IMG/VR virus record: IMGVR_UViG_3300012667_000430
Coordinates: 1 to 25,058 of that record
DNA from: a virus
Lineage: Duplodnaviria; Caudoviricetes
Strand: one strand, 5' to 3'
DNA length: 25,058 nt
The notes under the pieces are model-generated. The model was given only the letters and a program-made list of their open reading frames with translations. It searched no databases and was not told the origin of the DNA. Below are positions 6,295 to 15,477 of the stretch, piece by piece; the stretch's first letter is position 1; the number at the start of each line of letters is the position of its first letter. The position numbers and the translations under genes were made by a program.

Positions 6295-9200
6295 GCTGCC
6301 GCCACCGTGTTGATGGAGTCGCCGCCGCGAACCACGCCATCGAGCAGCTTGGCAGTCTTCCCGGTGGCAATCGCTGTAGCTTGTGATTCGGCGCGAAGGT
6401 TGACAACCTCTTGACGCAAGGAGCGCAGCTCTTGCACCATGGCATCACTAGCCCCTCCAGCCATGCGCACACCCAAGCTGCCATTGATGTTGGCCAGCGG
6501 CATGATGGCTTCAGGGCCTGCCTCGGCCATCTGGCCCATGTTGAAAAGGCTTGGCCGCTTGACAACCGAGCCACCGCGCGAGAAAGCGGCGCCCGTGGCA
6601 AAAGCCGGTACCGCCTGCCCGGTAATAGCCGCAATGACGGCATGCAGGCCGGCTGCTGTGCGGTCCGATCCGGCCATCACCGCATCACTGATAACCTGCT
6701 CTGCGCTTTTGCTGGATGCATCCAGCGCAGCTAGCGTGGCATCGATGCTGGATAGCATGGTCAGCGAATCGGCGGCGTAGTTTTGCGGCGCGTTGTCCTG
6801 CAACAGCTTGGCAACAGTCTCTGCCTGCGCCAGAAAGTTGCCAATCAGGTTTTGCTGGCCGGTGGCGGTCAGGCTGTCAATCAGCGGCCCCAGTGTGTTG
6901 TTGAGCTTGTCGGCATAGCCAGCTAGCGTGGAACCATCTTTTTGGCTGGCCAGAGCCATGGCGTAAGAGGTGGCAAACTGTGCCTGCAGGCTTGCCGACT
7001 GCGCTTCTGGGCTGAGTTGCTGGAAGCGGTAATTTGCCACCGTGCCAAGCAAGTTTCCGGCGCTGGTCTGCATAAGGTCGGCTAGCGCCTTTTGGGCTTC
7101 GTAGTACTTGACCGTTTCAACTCGCAGGTTGGAGAGCTTGCTTACCGACTTGCTGGCATCGATGGCAAAGCCCTGCAGTGCCTTTTGGTAGTCAAGTAGC
7201 GCCTGGGCTGCGGCCTTTGCCGCCGCCGCCTGGGCTGCGCCCGATTGGGTAACGTCGGCTTGCGCAGCGGCAATGTCGCTGGAAGCCCTTGCAATCGCGT
7301 CGCTTGCTGCTGCAATCGCCGCCTCATCGGCCACCAGCTTAGGGTTTGCCTGGTCAATGATTGCAGCCAGCGCCAAACGTGCTGGGCGCTGCGAGTCAAT
7401 GGCGTTGTACCCACCCCAACTGTTGTATGAGTTGTAGCGGTAGTCAGCAAACCGGTTGGTGGCTGCGTTGTAGCGGTACGCTGTGTTGTTCATGTCAATC
7501 GCGCCGCCGGATAGTTGCACGCTGTTCACCGCATACCCGCCACTGTTCGCAATGGCGTACAGCTCGTTTACCTTGCTCTGATAAAAAGCCACATCCGTTG
7601 CCATCAGGGACTTGGCACTGTTCAAAGCATCTTGCGAGTTAATCAGTGTGGAGTTTGAAGCGGTCAGCTTGTCTTGCGCTTTTGTTTGGGCTTCGTTGGC
7701 TGCGTTCAGGGCGTTGTTTGCTGCAATTAACCCGGCATTGCTTGGCAGCGCGGTGTTGATGCCAGCAATGCCTGCCTGAATGCTTTGCTTGCTCAAGGCT
7801 GTTGGGTTGATGATCTGCAAAGCAGCCTCACGGACCGAAACTCGCTCGGCAGAAATCGCATCGATGGTGCTGCTGATGCGGGCGGCCAGCGCATCAAACG
7901 CCTGGGCAATAACTTCCACAAATGTGGCCGTGTTGGCGTTTGCCAGCGCATCGGTAAGTCCGGTGAAGTCAATCACCGCCTTGCTTGACGCGCCACTTAG
8001 AGCCTCTATCTGGTCCTGCAGGCTTAGGGATGATTTTTGGGCACCGGTTAGCTCGGTAGAAAGGGTGCCAACCACGCCGGTAAAGGTCAGCGCCGGGCTG
8101 GTCGCGTCGCCCATAACCGTGTGAATCTGCGTCATTGCCCCAACCACTTCGCTCGCACCGGCCTGCACGCCAGCCAGCGAAAGTGCCGTGGCGTCTAGCG
8201 CAGGCACCAACTCGCCGTTGGCGGTAAAGGCCTTGATGAGTGCTGCAGCGGTTTCTTTGGCCGCCTGAGCGGCAAGGTCCGCTGTGGCCGCAAACTCGGG
8301 CGCCAGCTTCACCAAAGTGGCGTAGGCCGCGCGTCCGCTTTCGGTATTGAGATCCAGCGACTCTATGACGCTGCGCAGCGCTTCCTTGGTGTCCGGAAGG
8401 GCAATCCCGTAGTCCTTTAGCGCCCTGGTCATTGCATCTTGCGCGGAAGATACCTTTTCTGCATTGGTGTAGTACGTGTCGTAATACGCTTTGCTGGCAC
8501 TGGCAAGCTGGTCCAGCCCGCCAAAGGCATCAGCCAGCTTGCTGGCTGCGTTGGCGCCGGCCAGGCTCACATCAAACAGGCGATTGCGCAGCATGGAAAG
8601 CCATGCGTTTGCCTGGATGATGCTGGTGGACAACCGGGCAAGCGTAGCGCTGGCAGATTCTTCGCTCTTGGCAAAGGTGGCAATGTCCGGCGCCACCGCA
8701 CTGGCGATGTCGTTGGCCACGCCGGTCAAAAGGTCCGTGATGATCTTTTTGTTGGCGTCCGCGTTGTCACCCAGCGCAACGGTTATGTCTTTGCTGAATT
8801 CGATCACCTTTTTTGCATCCAACCCAAGCGAAACCGCCATGGCAGCGGATGCAAACTGAATTGATGCAAACGCTTGGCCAAGCTGATCGGATGCCGCGGT
8901 GCTCATGGCGCTGTAATTGGTGCCGCTGCTGGCAGCCTTGCCGCCAAAGCCAAAGATCCCGCTGCTTCCATCGTTGCGCCAGTTTTGGTAGTTGCGACCA
9001 GAGAATGTGCCTGCGCTGAATTTGCCAGTTATGCCGGTGCCGGTGGTGTACTCATGGCCGCCACCAAATGCGCTATCCAACCATCCGCCTACCGCGCCGC
9101 CCAATGCGGCACCCAGTGGCCCGCCAAACCATGCGCCAACGCCCTGACCAATAGCAGATCCCCACTGCCCTTTACTGGCGGCGTCTATGGCGCTCACGGC

Positions 9201-11240
9201 CGCAAGCGCATAACCGGCGGTATTCACAAAGCTACCTAATGCTGTGGCGTTTTGGGTGACCATGCTGCCAAGCGACTCGGCGCCCATTTTTGTGAGCGCT
9301 CCACCAATCTCATAAATGGTGTTGGTGGCGGACAATTTGAAGTCGGTAAACCAGCCGCCTACGGTAGAAAGCATGCTTGCGCCGTTGACCCCTGCAGCGG
9401 TGCCATTCACCGCGCCGGCTGCATTGGCCGCTGTGCTTACACCCATGGCGCCGGTCAGAACTCCAGCAACTGGGCTGACGATGGCTGACACAATGGGGCG
9501 CAGCACCATGGTCTTAAACATGTTGACTACCGTATCGCGCAGATTGGCTGCAAAGTCCTTACCGCTCTCAAAACCACGCATCAGGGCGTCGGTAATGCTG
9601 GATTCAATATGCTCGGCAGTTTTTTGCCACTCGTCTGCAGCCTTTTTGGCGGCTTCCTGGTTGGCAGTCCTGGCTTCTTTGTTGGCCAGGAGAGTGATGA
9701 GCTTTTCGCGCGACTCAATTTCATTTTGCAGGGCGAGTAACGTCTGGCCATCGGCGTTATTGGCTACCTCTGCCGCATAGGTCTCGCGTACGCGCGCCAG
9801 GCCAACCTCTTCAATGGCTACGGCCAGGCTGAAGTTTTGGGCGGCCGCCATTGCAGCGCCCTTTTCCTCATCCTGAAGACGCTGGACATGATCCGCAACT
9901 GACGATGCCGATCCATTGAGCGCCTTGAGCTTATCCTCATAGGCCTTCTGCTCTTCGGCATAGGCCTTAGCGATCGCCTTTGCCGACTCTTCTTGCTGTT
10001 TGGCCTGATCCTTTGCAATGGGTTGCTGCTGGAAGATGTAGAGCTGAGCTGCAGACAACTGCTCCAGGCTGATTCGGCCACCGTCATAAGCTTTGGCAAG
10101 ACGGTTCATTTCCTGGCCATAGTTAGCGCTGTACCCGGATGCCGTCTCCAGGATCGCCTGCTCGGCAGCCAGCTCACGCTTGAATTCCTCTGCAGCCTGC
10201 GATGCCTTCTTGCGGGCATCCTCTAAAGCCTTGAGGCGTGCCTCTTCATCTCCGATATCTCCGATACTTGGGAGCGCTACATTTTCTGGATTGACTGAGC
10301 CACGGCCGCCACCAACTGCTTTGCCAACTGCAACATTAAGAGCATCTTGAAGTGCAGCTTGCTCACGCAATAAGGCATTGCGGCGTGCGAAATGAATACT
10401 CCCATCTTCAAGTTGCTTACTTATCTCTTCTAGACGTTGGGAATACTCTTTTGGCCCCTTGTTCATACCGTAAAAATCAGCCACATTTTTCTTGTACCGG
10501 CTAAAGGCAGTTTCAAAGAATCCTTGCCCAGCAGCAGATCCATCTCGAAACGCCTTTATCGTTTCATTTATAGATGGGATCATTTCACTCAAAAAACTGC
10601 GCGAGATGTCCGTAACGTTCTTTTGCAGTATGAACAATGATTTGTTGAATTCTTCTGCGGCCTTGACTTGCTCTGTCGTCATGGTCCCCACCAATCCGCC
10701 TGCTTCGGCGACATCCTTCAGCAGCGGTGCAACATCTTTTAGACTCTTGCCAAATAATTCCTGTGTGATGCGTGCCTTGTTGGCGTCGTCAGCAAATCCG
10801 CTAAGCCCAACAGCTATGCGGCGGAACGCCTCTGCAGGATCGAGTTGCTTTAGATCTTTGACGCTCAGACCAATAGCCTCAATAGCTAGCGCCGTACCGC
10901 TCCCGGGCTTGGCTGAATTGAGTCCTTGATTCATCTTGATAAGCGATGTGCTTACCGTATCGAACGTAGCACCAGTCCGGCGTGCGATGTCTTCAAGGGC
11001 GCTGATGTTCTCAATACTTGCGCCGGTGGCATCATTCAAATCATTGAGTTTGTCGATGCCATCTATCACGTTCTGCGTGAATGCTACAAAAGCTCCGGCC
11101 GATAGCCCAACCCCGAGCCCGGCAAGCGATGTTCTTACTGATGCTGCATTGAGTTTGATCGACTCAAGACTGCGGTTAACGCTGCTGAATGCGCTTCCCG
11201 TATCGTCTCTGGCTGTGAGTCGTATGAATGCATCAGCCAT
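6291..11240 (-). CDS. Tail tape measure protein (~1649 aa)
   Basis: Very long Ala-rich helical ORF after the tail chaperones. Start reassigned to MADAFIRLTARDDT (11240). C-terminal AFATG...MAEAGPEAIMPL motif of lambdoid TMPs. Confidence 0.92.
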   Translation of the reverse strand: MADAFIRLTARDDTGSAFSSVNRSLESIKLNAASVRTSLAGLGVGLSAGAFVAFTQNVIDGIDKLNDLNDATGASIENISALEDIARRTGATFDTVSTSLIKMNQGLNSAKPGSGTALAIEAIGLSVKDLKQLDPAEAFRRIAVGLSGFADDANKARITQELFGKSLKDVAPLLKDVAEAGGLVGTMTTEQVKAAEEFNKSLFILQKNVTDISRSFLSEMIPSINETIKAFRDGSAAGQGFFETAFSRYKKNVADFYGMNKGPKEYSQRLEEISKQLEDGSIHFARRNALLREQAALQDALNVAVGKAVGGGRGSVNPENVALPSIGDIGDEEARLKALEDARKKASQAAEEFKRELAAEQAILETASGYSANYGQEMNRLAKAYDGGRISLEQLSAAQLYIFQQQPIAKDQAKQQEESAKAIAKAYAEEQKAYEDKLKALNGSASSVADHVQRLQDEEKGAAMAAAQNFSLAVAIEEVGLARVRETYAAEVANNADGQTLLALQNEIESREKLITLLANKEARTANQEAAKKAADEWQKTAEHIESSITDALMRGFESGKDFAANLRDTVVNMFKTMVLRPIVSAIVSPVAGVLTGAMGVSTAANAAGAVNGTAAGVNGASMLSTVGGWFTDFKLSATNTIYEIGGALTKMGAESLGSMVTQNATALGSFVNTAGYALAAVSAIDAASKGQWGSAIGQGVGAWFGGPLGAALGGAVGGWLDSAFGGGHEYTTGTGITGKFSAGTFSGRNYQNWRNDGSSGIFGFGGKAASSGTNYSAMSTAASDQLGQAFASIQFASAAMAVSLGLDAKKVIEFSKDITVALGDNADANKKIITDLLTGVANDIASAVAPDIATFAKSEESASATLARLSTSIIQANAWLSMLRNRLFDVSLAGANAASKLADAFGGLDQLASASKAYYDTYYTNAEKVSSAQDAMTRALKDYGIALPDTKEALRSVIESLDLNTESGRAAYATLVKLAPEFAATADLAAQAAKETAAALIKAFTANGELVPALDATALSLAGVQAGASEVVGAMTQIHTVMGDATSPALTFTGVVGTLSTELTGAQKSSLSLQDQIEALSGASSKAVIDFTGLTDALANANTATFVEVIAQAFDALAARISSTIDAISAERVSVREAALQIINPTALSKQSIQAGIAGINTALPSNAGLIAANNALNAANEAQTKAQDKLTASNSTLINSQDALNSAKSLMATDVAFYQSKVNELYAIANSGGYAVNSVQLSGGAIDMNNTAYRYNAATNRFADYRYNSYNSWGGYNAIDSQRPARLALAAIIDQANPKLVADEAAIAAASDAIARASSDIAAAQADVTQSGAAQAAAAKAAAQALLDYQKALQGFAIDASKSVSKLSNLRVETVKYYEAQKALADLMQTSAGNLLGTVANYRFQQLSPEAQSASLQAQFATSYAMALASQKDGSTLAGYADKLNNTLGPLIDSLTATGQQNLIGNFLAQAETVAKLLQDNAPQNYAADSLTMLSSIDATLAALDASSKSAEQVISDAVMAGSDRTAAGLHAVIAAITGQAVPAFATGAAFSRGGSVVKRPSLFNMGQMAEAGPEAIMPLANINGSLGVRMAGGASDAMVQELRSLRQEVVNLRAESQATAIATGKTAKLLDGVVRGGDSINTVAAA

Positions 11241-11251
11241 GTGCCGCCACC

Positions 11252-11620
11252 TTATTTCTGTTTTGCTTTTTGAAGTTGGGCCTTGGCATGCCAGCCTTCC
11301 AACGTCCCGCGCTCGGCCGCCCGAATTCCGTTCCAAACATCAGTGCGCTCTTCGCCCGATAGGTGCAGCTCATCAAGGTAGACACGCACGCCGGCATAGT
11401 CGAGCCCAGTAGAGCCGCCCATTCCTCCGGTACGCCACTGCGTTTGCACTGCTGCCCAATGACGCCACGTATCGACATTGCATGGCCACAGGTAGCCAAT
11501 CTCCCCATCGCTGTCATTCGCGTCTGGAATGAGCGCAGCAATGAAGGGGTTGGCGAGTTCTGTGGCGTCATGCTCATCTTCTGATGTGTCTGCTGCTAGT
11601 TGGCGGGCGAGCGCTGCTAG
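11252..11620 (-). CDS. Tail assembly chaperone T segment (DUF1799-like), expressed as a G-T fusion by -1 frameshift
   Basis: Open -1 frame from 11620: LAALARQLAAD...YLWPCNVDTWRHWAAVQTQWRTGGMGGSTGLDYAGV. It begins exactly at the slippery site. Confidence 0.82.
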   Translation of the reverse strand, partial: LAALARQLAADTSEDEHDATELANPFIAALIPDANDSDGEIGYLWPCNVDTWRHWAAVQTQWRTGGMGGSTGLDYAGVRVYLDELHLSGEERTDVWNGIRAAERGTLEGWHAKAQLQKAKQK

Positions 11621-11952
11621 TTTTTTTCTTTTGCACCAACCTCTGCCAGGTAGGTGTTGAAGATCAGTCGTGAAATTCCGGGGATTAGGCAGAGCTGACG
11701 GAAACTTTCCGGGCTGTATGCAAGAACCTTGTCTTCAGCATCTCGAACGCCGGACCACCCTTCCATCACATCCAGCATGAAATCGATGATGGATGCCTCA
11801 GACTCAGACTTCAATTTATCCTGAATTTGCTCAGAGTTCAAGCGGACGCAAGTTAGTTCAAAGTGAAATGGCTGCGCCACTCCTTTTTCGTCATTGACGG
11901 AGCCTTTGACTTTGAATCCAACGGTGTTTGAAACTACGATTTTGATTGCCAT
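11617..11952 (-). CDS. Tail assembly chaperone G (111 aa)
   Basis: MAIKIVVSNTVGFKV...GWSGVRDAEDKVLAYSPE...GAKEKN*. Lies between tail tube and TMP and ends on a slippery heptamer. Confidence 0.85.
   Translation of the reverse strand: MAIKIVVSNTVGFKVKGSVNDEKGVAQPFHFELTCVRLNSEQIQDKLKSESEASIIDFMLDVMEGWSGVRDAEDKVLAYSPESFRQLCLIPGISRLIFNTYLAEVGAKEKN
11620..11626 (-). promoter_or_regulatory. Programmed -1 ribosomal frameshift site A AAA AAC
   Basis: GAA AAA AAC TAG at the end of G matches X XXY YYZ. The -1 frame stays open for 122 codons. Confidence 0.85.
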
Positions 11953-12086
11953 GACGTGCCCGATATTTAAGAAATAGGCCCGAGAAAATGATTGCACCTG
12001 GTGGTGCGGGTGCGCACGGCGTGCCAAGCTCGGGCAAAACCGGGCAGGAAAGGCTTTCGCCAATCCCTGCCGTGCGCTAAACCGGC

Positions 12087-12725
12087 TTAGTAGCTGATGG
12101 TGCGGCCGATCATGCTGATGGCGCATGTCACCTGGTCAACCTGACCGGACTGTTTCTGCGGAACCTCAGACACGCTCATGTAGCCGTAGCCATACGATGT
12201 GCCGGCTGCACCGACCACACGGAACGCAACCTTCGTGAAGCTGCGCGACAGGTCCAGCATGGTCTGGTAGGCCGCCAATGCAGGGTCATGTGCCAGAGTC
12301 AGCGTGGTGCTCGCTGCATTGAATCCGGTTGGGATCTGGATGGCATTGCGAGCAGACAGTGGCTGCACTGTGGTGAAACGGGCATCACCACCGCTATTGG
12401 AGATCGTCAGCACCTGCGGAATGTCAGTCCAGCCGCTGATCTTCTGTGCAGTACCGGTGCCAGTGCCTGCCCCAAAGTACGTGGTGTTGGAGCTGTTGAG
12501 GCCCAGCACGCCAAAGGTGTCTGCAGTCAGCACGTTGGCGCGGAACACGCTGTTGGTTGCATCTTCCCAGCCGCTGGTGAACAGGAATTCATCAGAGGTT
12601 GTGTAGCCATGGGCCACAGAAGTTGCGACAGCGGGATTTGCGTTGGTGATTGCCGTAATGGATTTTGCGGCGGCGAATGTGGTCGAAAACTGGAACTTCG
12701 AACCTTCGGGGAAGTTATAGGCCAT
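12087..12725 (-). CDS. Major tail tube protein (Phage_tail_3-like)
   Basis: ITAITNANPAVATSVAHG, SGWEDA, WTDIPQVLTISNSGGD and YGYGYMSVSEVP. Size and position fit. Confidence 0.85.
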   Translation of the reverse strand: MAYNFPEGSKFQFSTTFAAAKSITAITNANPAVATSVAHGYTTSDEFLFTSGWEDATNSVFRANVLTADTFGVLGLNSSNTTYFGAGTGTGTAQKISGWTDIPQVLTISNSGGDARFTTVQPLSARNAIQIPTGFNAASTTLTLAHDPALAAYQTMLDLSRSFTKVAFRVVGAAGTSYGYGYMSVSEVPQKQSGQVDQVTCAISMIGRTISY

Positions 12726-12740
12726 GAAAAATTCTCCTGG

Positions 12741-13175
12741 TTAAGAAAGGGTTGCGCCCACACTGCGGTGGAGCACGTTGAAAACGATTGATGCGCAGGT
12801 CGTTTGATCGCCGTCTGCATCGAAGTCATAGGAAATGCCCTTTGGCTGAAGGCTCACTACGGCGCCGGCCAAAGTCGGGTCTGCCATCAGGCGGGCATAA
12901 ACAGCCTCTACAAGTGCGTCAACTGCAACGTCAGCAGCGGTAACTGCTGACGATCTGGCATAGCAATCAACCGTGACCGTAGTTACCCAGCTCACAGGGA
13001 GACTGGATAGCTGGAACTGAATCACTTCAGCCTGGCTGGGTCTGACAGCTACTGCCAGCGATGTGCTTTGCGACACTGGGCGCAGCCGAACGCGGTCAAT
13101 CTGCGAACATACTGCCGGATTGCTGCTGAGTGCTGCCACAACTGATGTGACGGCTGTGTTGATGAGCGTGGTCAT
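12741..13175 (-). CDS. Tail terminator/tail completion protein
   Basis: 144 aa with VDALVEAVYARLMADPTLAG, immediately upstream of the tail tube gene. Confidence 0.65.
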   Translation of the reverse strand: MTTLINTAVTSVVAALSSNPAVCSQIDRVRLRPVSQSTSLAVAVRPSQAEVIQFQLSSLPVSWVTTVTVDCYARSSAVTAADVAVDALVEAVYARLMADPTLAGAVVSLQPKGISYDFDADGDQTTCASIVFNVLHRSVGATLS

Positions 13176-13462
13176 GCCGACTTCTCCAGCAACAGCGTGG
13201 TAACACCGGTTCCATCAGGCTCATTTACAGCTACCAGGTAGCTTGTTGATCCGATCACCAAGGCTTTTCCTATGGGATCTGCAGGAACAGATGCTGTTGG
13301 CAGGACGAATGACGGCGAAGTGCTTGCCATCCCCATCATTCCAACTGCGCCGATCGCGGTGCCGTTGTCAAAGACACCGGAGACAGCAACGCCATTCAAT
13401 GTGGCGCTAACAGCAAAGCCGTTGGCCACATCAAAAAAGGCGCTGAAGTCTTCAGTGAACAT
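13172..13462 (-). CDS. Head-tail joining protein (gpFII-like)
   Basis: 96-aa beta-rich protein ending YLVAVNEPDGTGVTTLLLE, directly after the capsid gene. Confidence 0.7.
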   Translation of the reverse strand: MFTEDFSAFFDVANGFAVSATLNGVAVSGVFDNGTAIGAVGMMGMASTSPSFVLPTASVPADPIGKALVIGSTSYLVAVNEPDGTGVTTLLLEKSA

Positions 13463-13480
13463 GAACGCGCTCAGCTCAAC

Positions 13481-15409
13481 TTAGACCGTCAGGGCATCCA
13501 CCATGGTGGCGAACGACTCGACATTGCGCACGTTAACGTCCACGTCCTGCAGAGCCACGATGCGCACACCACCCGAGCTGGACGCGGTGTACGGGTCGCG
13601 AATCAGATCAGTGGTACCCCACATGCCGATCATCAGATCGCTGAAGTTTCCAAACAGAATGGCCGAGCACACGCCAGAGCTGGTGCCCTTAGTCAGGTTG
13701 CTGGGCACAGCGTTAGTCACGCCAGCGCGGTAGCCGTTCAGCGGTTCGGCAGTTCCACGGTCCCAGATAGAGTCGCCGTTGGTAGTTGCGAACTTTTGAG
13801 TGCGCTTCAACTTACCGCGAGTCTTGGCGTTGACCAGGTAGCCCATGGTTCCCACATCGGCGTTGGAGTTAGCCACATTGGTCTCCAAGTCGATGATGTT
13901 GTCCCAGGTGGGCGCAAGGCCGTTGGTGCCGCCGATGACGGCTGCGGTGATGCGTGTCAGAAGGCCAGAGGGCTGGTTGGATGCACCTGTGCCGCTGATG
14001 GCAGCTTGCTGAATGCCAAGACCCAAGTTGATGGCCAGGTCGGACATCACAAAGGCTTCCACATCAAGGCTTGTCTGGTTCATCAGCGTGCGGCCAATGT
14101 CGGTGAAACCACCTGCAGTCTTAGGTGACATCAGAACCTGGCCAACAGCCTGTTGGCTCTCGGTGGGCGCAGTGTTTTCAGCCACCCAGTAGATGGTGCT
14201 ACCGCCGGTTTGCTTGGGGATTGCCACGTTGCCGACCAGTCCGGTCAGCATGCGGGTGCCCATCTTGTCGATCACCATGGCGTTACGCAGGATGTCAATG
14301 AAGCTACCCATCAGCAGATCAGTAGCCACCAAGTTGCCGCCAGCAGTGGGTGTACCAACCACCAGGTCACGCTTTTGCACATCAGAGGGCAAGAAGATGC
14401 CTTGTGCCGAGCGGCCGGTGAGCTTGCCAACGGCTGCAGAGCATTCCATCTCGAATGCGGCCTCACGAGCGGCGGCGGCATCGGGGTTGGCCAGGTAGCG
14501 GGCTACCTTCAAGATGCTGAAGCGCTGGGCTTCTTTTTTGGTCAGGCCAATGTCCGAAGTTGGAATTGGAGCGGAGGCCATTTTTTCCAGTGCTTCGCGC
14601 TGGAACTGTTCGACGGTCAGGCCGCGCTGGATTGCGGACATTGCCATTTCAGCGCCACCGGGGATGGTGGCAGCAACTTTGGAGATTTCGGCGGCGTGGT
14701 TACGCACTTCGGGTGTTTCGATAGTCATGGTTTTTTCCTGTGAAGAGGTGGGTGCAGGGGTTTGGTGCGCGGCGGTTTCGGTAATGGCGCGTTCAGTTTC
14801 GGAAGCGTCTTCCTGCGCGTCTTCGGCCGGGTCGTCTGTGGACCAGACGGTGACTTGGACGGTGAGGTCTTTCTGCTGGGGAGACTGATCGGCGCTGCGG
14901 CCGACACCGACGCTGGCGTCAGCGGGGACTGACACAAGGGAAACTTCAAAGGGCTCCCAGTCGGTGACGCGGTAGGTTTCCACACCATCCTTGGTCTCGA
15001 CTAATTGCGCTTTGTGAATCATGTAGCCGACCGATACGTTGCGGCGGATGCCATCACGAACGTCTTGCCACACTTCCTCTGCACGAACGCTTTTTCCAAA
15101 GCGCACTACGGCACGACCTACCCGGTCAGCGCCGATCTCGACAGATTCGACGACGCCCACGACATCTCGGCTGTTGTGGTCGCACAAAAGGTTGGCGCCA
15201 GAACGCAGACGGCCCTGACGCACGGAACTGGCAGTGCAGTCCAATATTTCAATACCCCAATACCGCTCGTATGGAGTCTCACTAGCAAAGGCCAGGGTAG
15301 CGGTCCGGGCTGTTTCATCAATTGCCTGTCGCTCTACCAGGAGCGATCGCTCAGCGCGGCCACTCTGCAGATGACGCTGCAGGCTCTCGGGGATGTGCTT
15401 TTTGCTCAT
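13481..15409 (-). CDS. HK97-type prohead protease fused to the major capsid protein
   Basis: Protease motifs LLCDHN, RNVSVGY and WEPFEVSLVSVPAD, then an acidic linker, then a capsid region (GGNLVATDL, YWVAEN, LNGYRAGVTNAVP, ILFGNFSDLMIGMWG). Confidence 0.92.
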   Translation of the reverse strand: MSKKHIPESLQRHLQSGRAERSLLVERQAIDETARTATLAFASETPYERYWGIEILDCTASSVRQGRLRSGANLLCDHNSRDVVGVVESVEIGADRVGRAVVRFGKSVRAEEVWQDVRDGIRRNVSVGYMIHKAQLVETKDGVETYRVTDWEPFEVSLVSVPADASVGVGRSADQSPQQKDLTVQVTVWSTDDPAEDAQEDASETERAITETAAHQTPAPTSSQEKTMTIETPEVRNHAAEISKVAATIPGGAEMAMSAIQRGLTVEQFQREALEKMASAPIPTSDIGLTKKEAQRFSILKVARYLANPDAAAAREAAFEMECSAAVGKLTGRSAQGIFLPSDVQKRDLVVGTPTAGGNLVATDLLMGSFIDILRNAMVIDKMGTRMLTGLVGNVAIPKQTGGSTIYWVAENTAPTESQQAVGQVLMSPKTAGGFTDIGRTLMNQTSLDVEAFVMSDLAINLGLGIQQAAISGTGASNQPSGLLTRITAAVIGGTNGLAPTWDNIIDLETNVANSNADVGTMGYLVNAKTRGKLKRTQKFATTNGDSIWDRGTAEPLNGYRAGVTNAVPSNLTKGTSSGVCSAILFGNFSDLMIGMWGTTDLIRDPYTASSSGGVRIVALQDVDVNVRNVESFATMVDALTV

Positions 15410-15430
15410 GGCCGCTACTTTGCGGCGCTG

Positions 15431-15461
15431 GGTGTACGGTTTTCAAGGTAAAAAAGCGGAC
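15431..15461 (-). promoter_or_regulatory. 31-bp direct repeat, copy 1 (candidate late promoter/activator site upstream of protease-capsid)
   Basis: ggtgtacggttttcaaggtaaaaaagcggac is identical to 22043-22073 and lies 21 nt from the ATG at 15409. Confidence 0.75.
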
Positions 15462-15477
15462 GGTTTTGAACGTCCGC
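15450..15477 (-). terminator. Rho-independent terminator candidate
   Basis: The minus strand reads GCGGACG-TTCAAAAC-CGTCCGC-TTTTTT, a perfect 7-bp GC-rich stem followed by U6. Confidence 0.65.

Noticed and set aside
11241-12126. Longer ORF-track starts for the TMP (11336) and chaperone G (12126), and ORF 11233..11577
   Set aside because: The extensions overlap neighbouring genes or the structured intergenic region and read as non-protein-like. ORF 11233..11577 is an off-frame overlap of the T segment.
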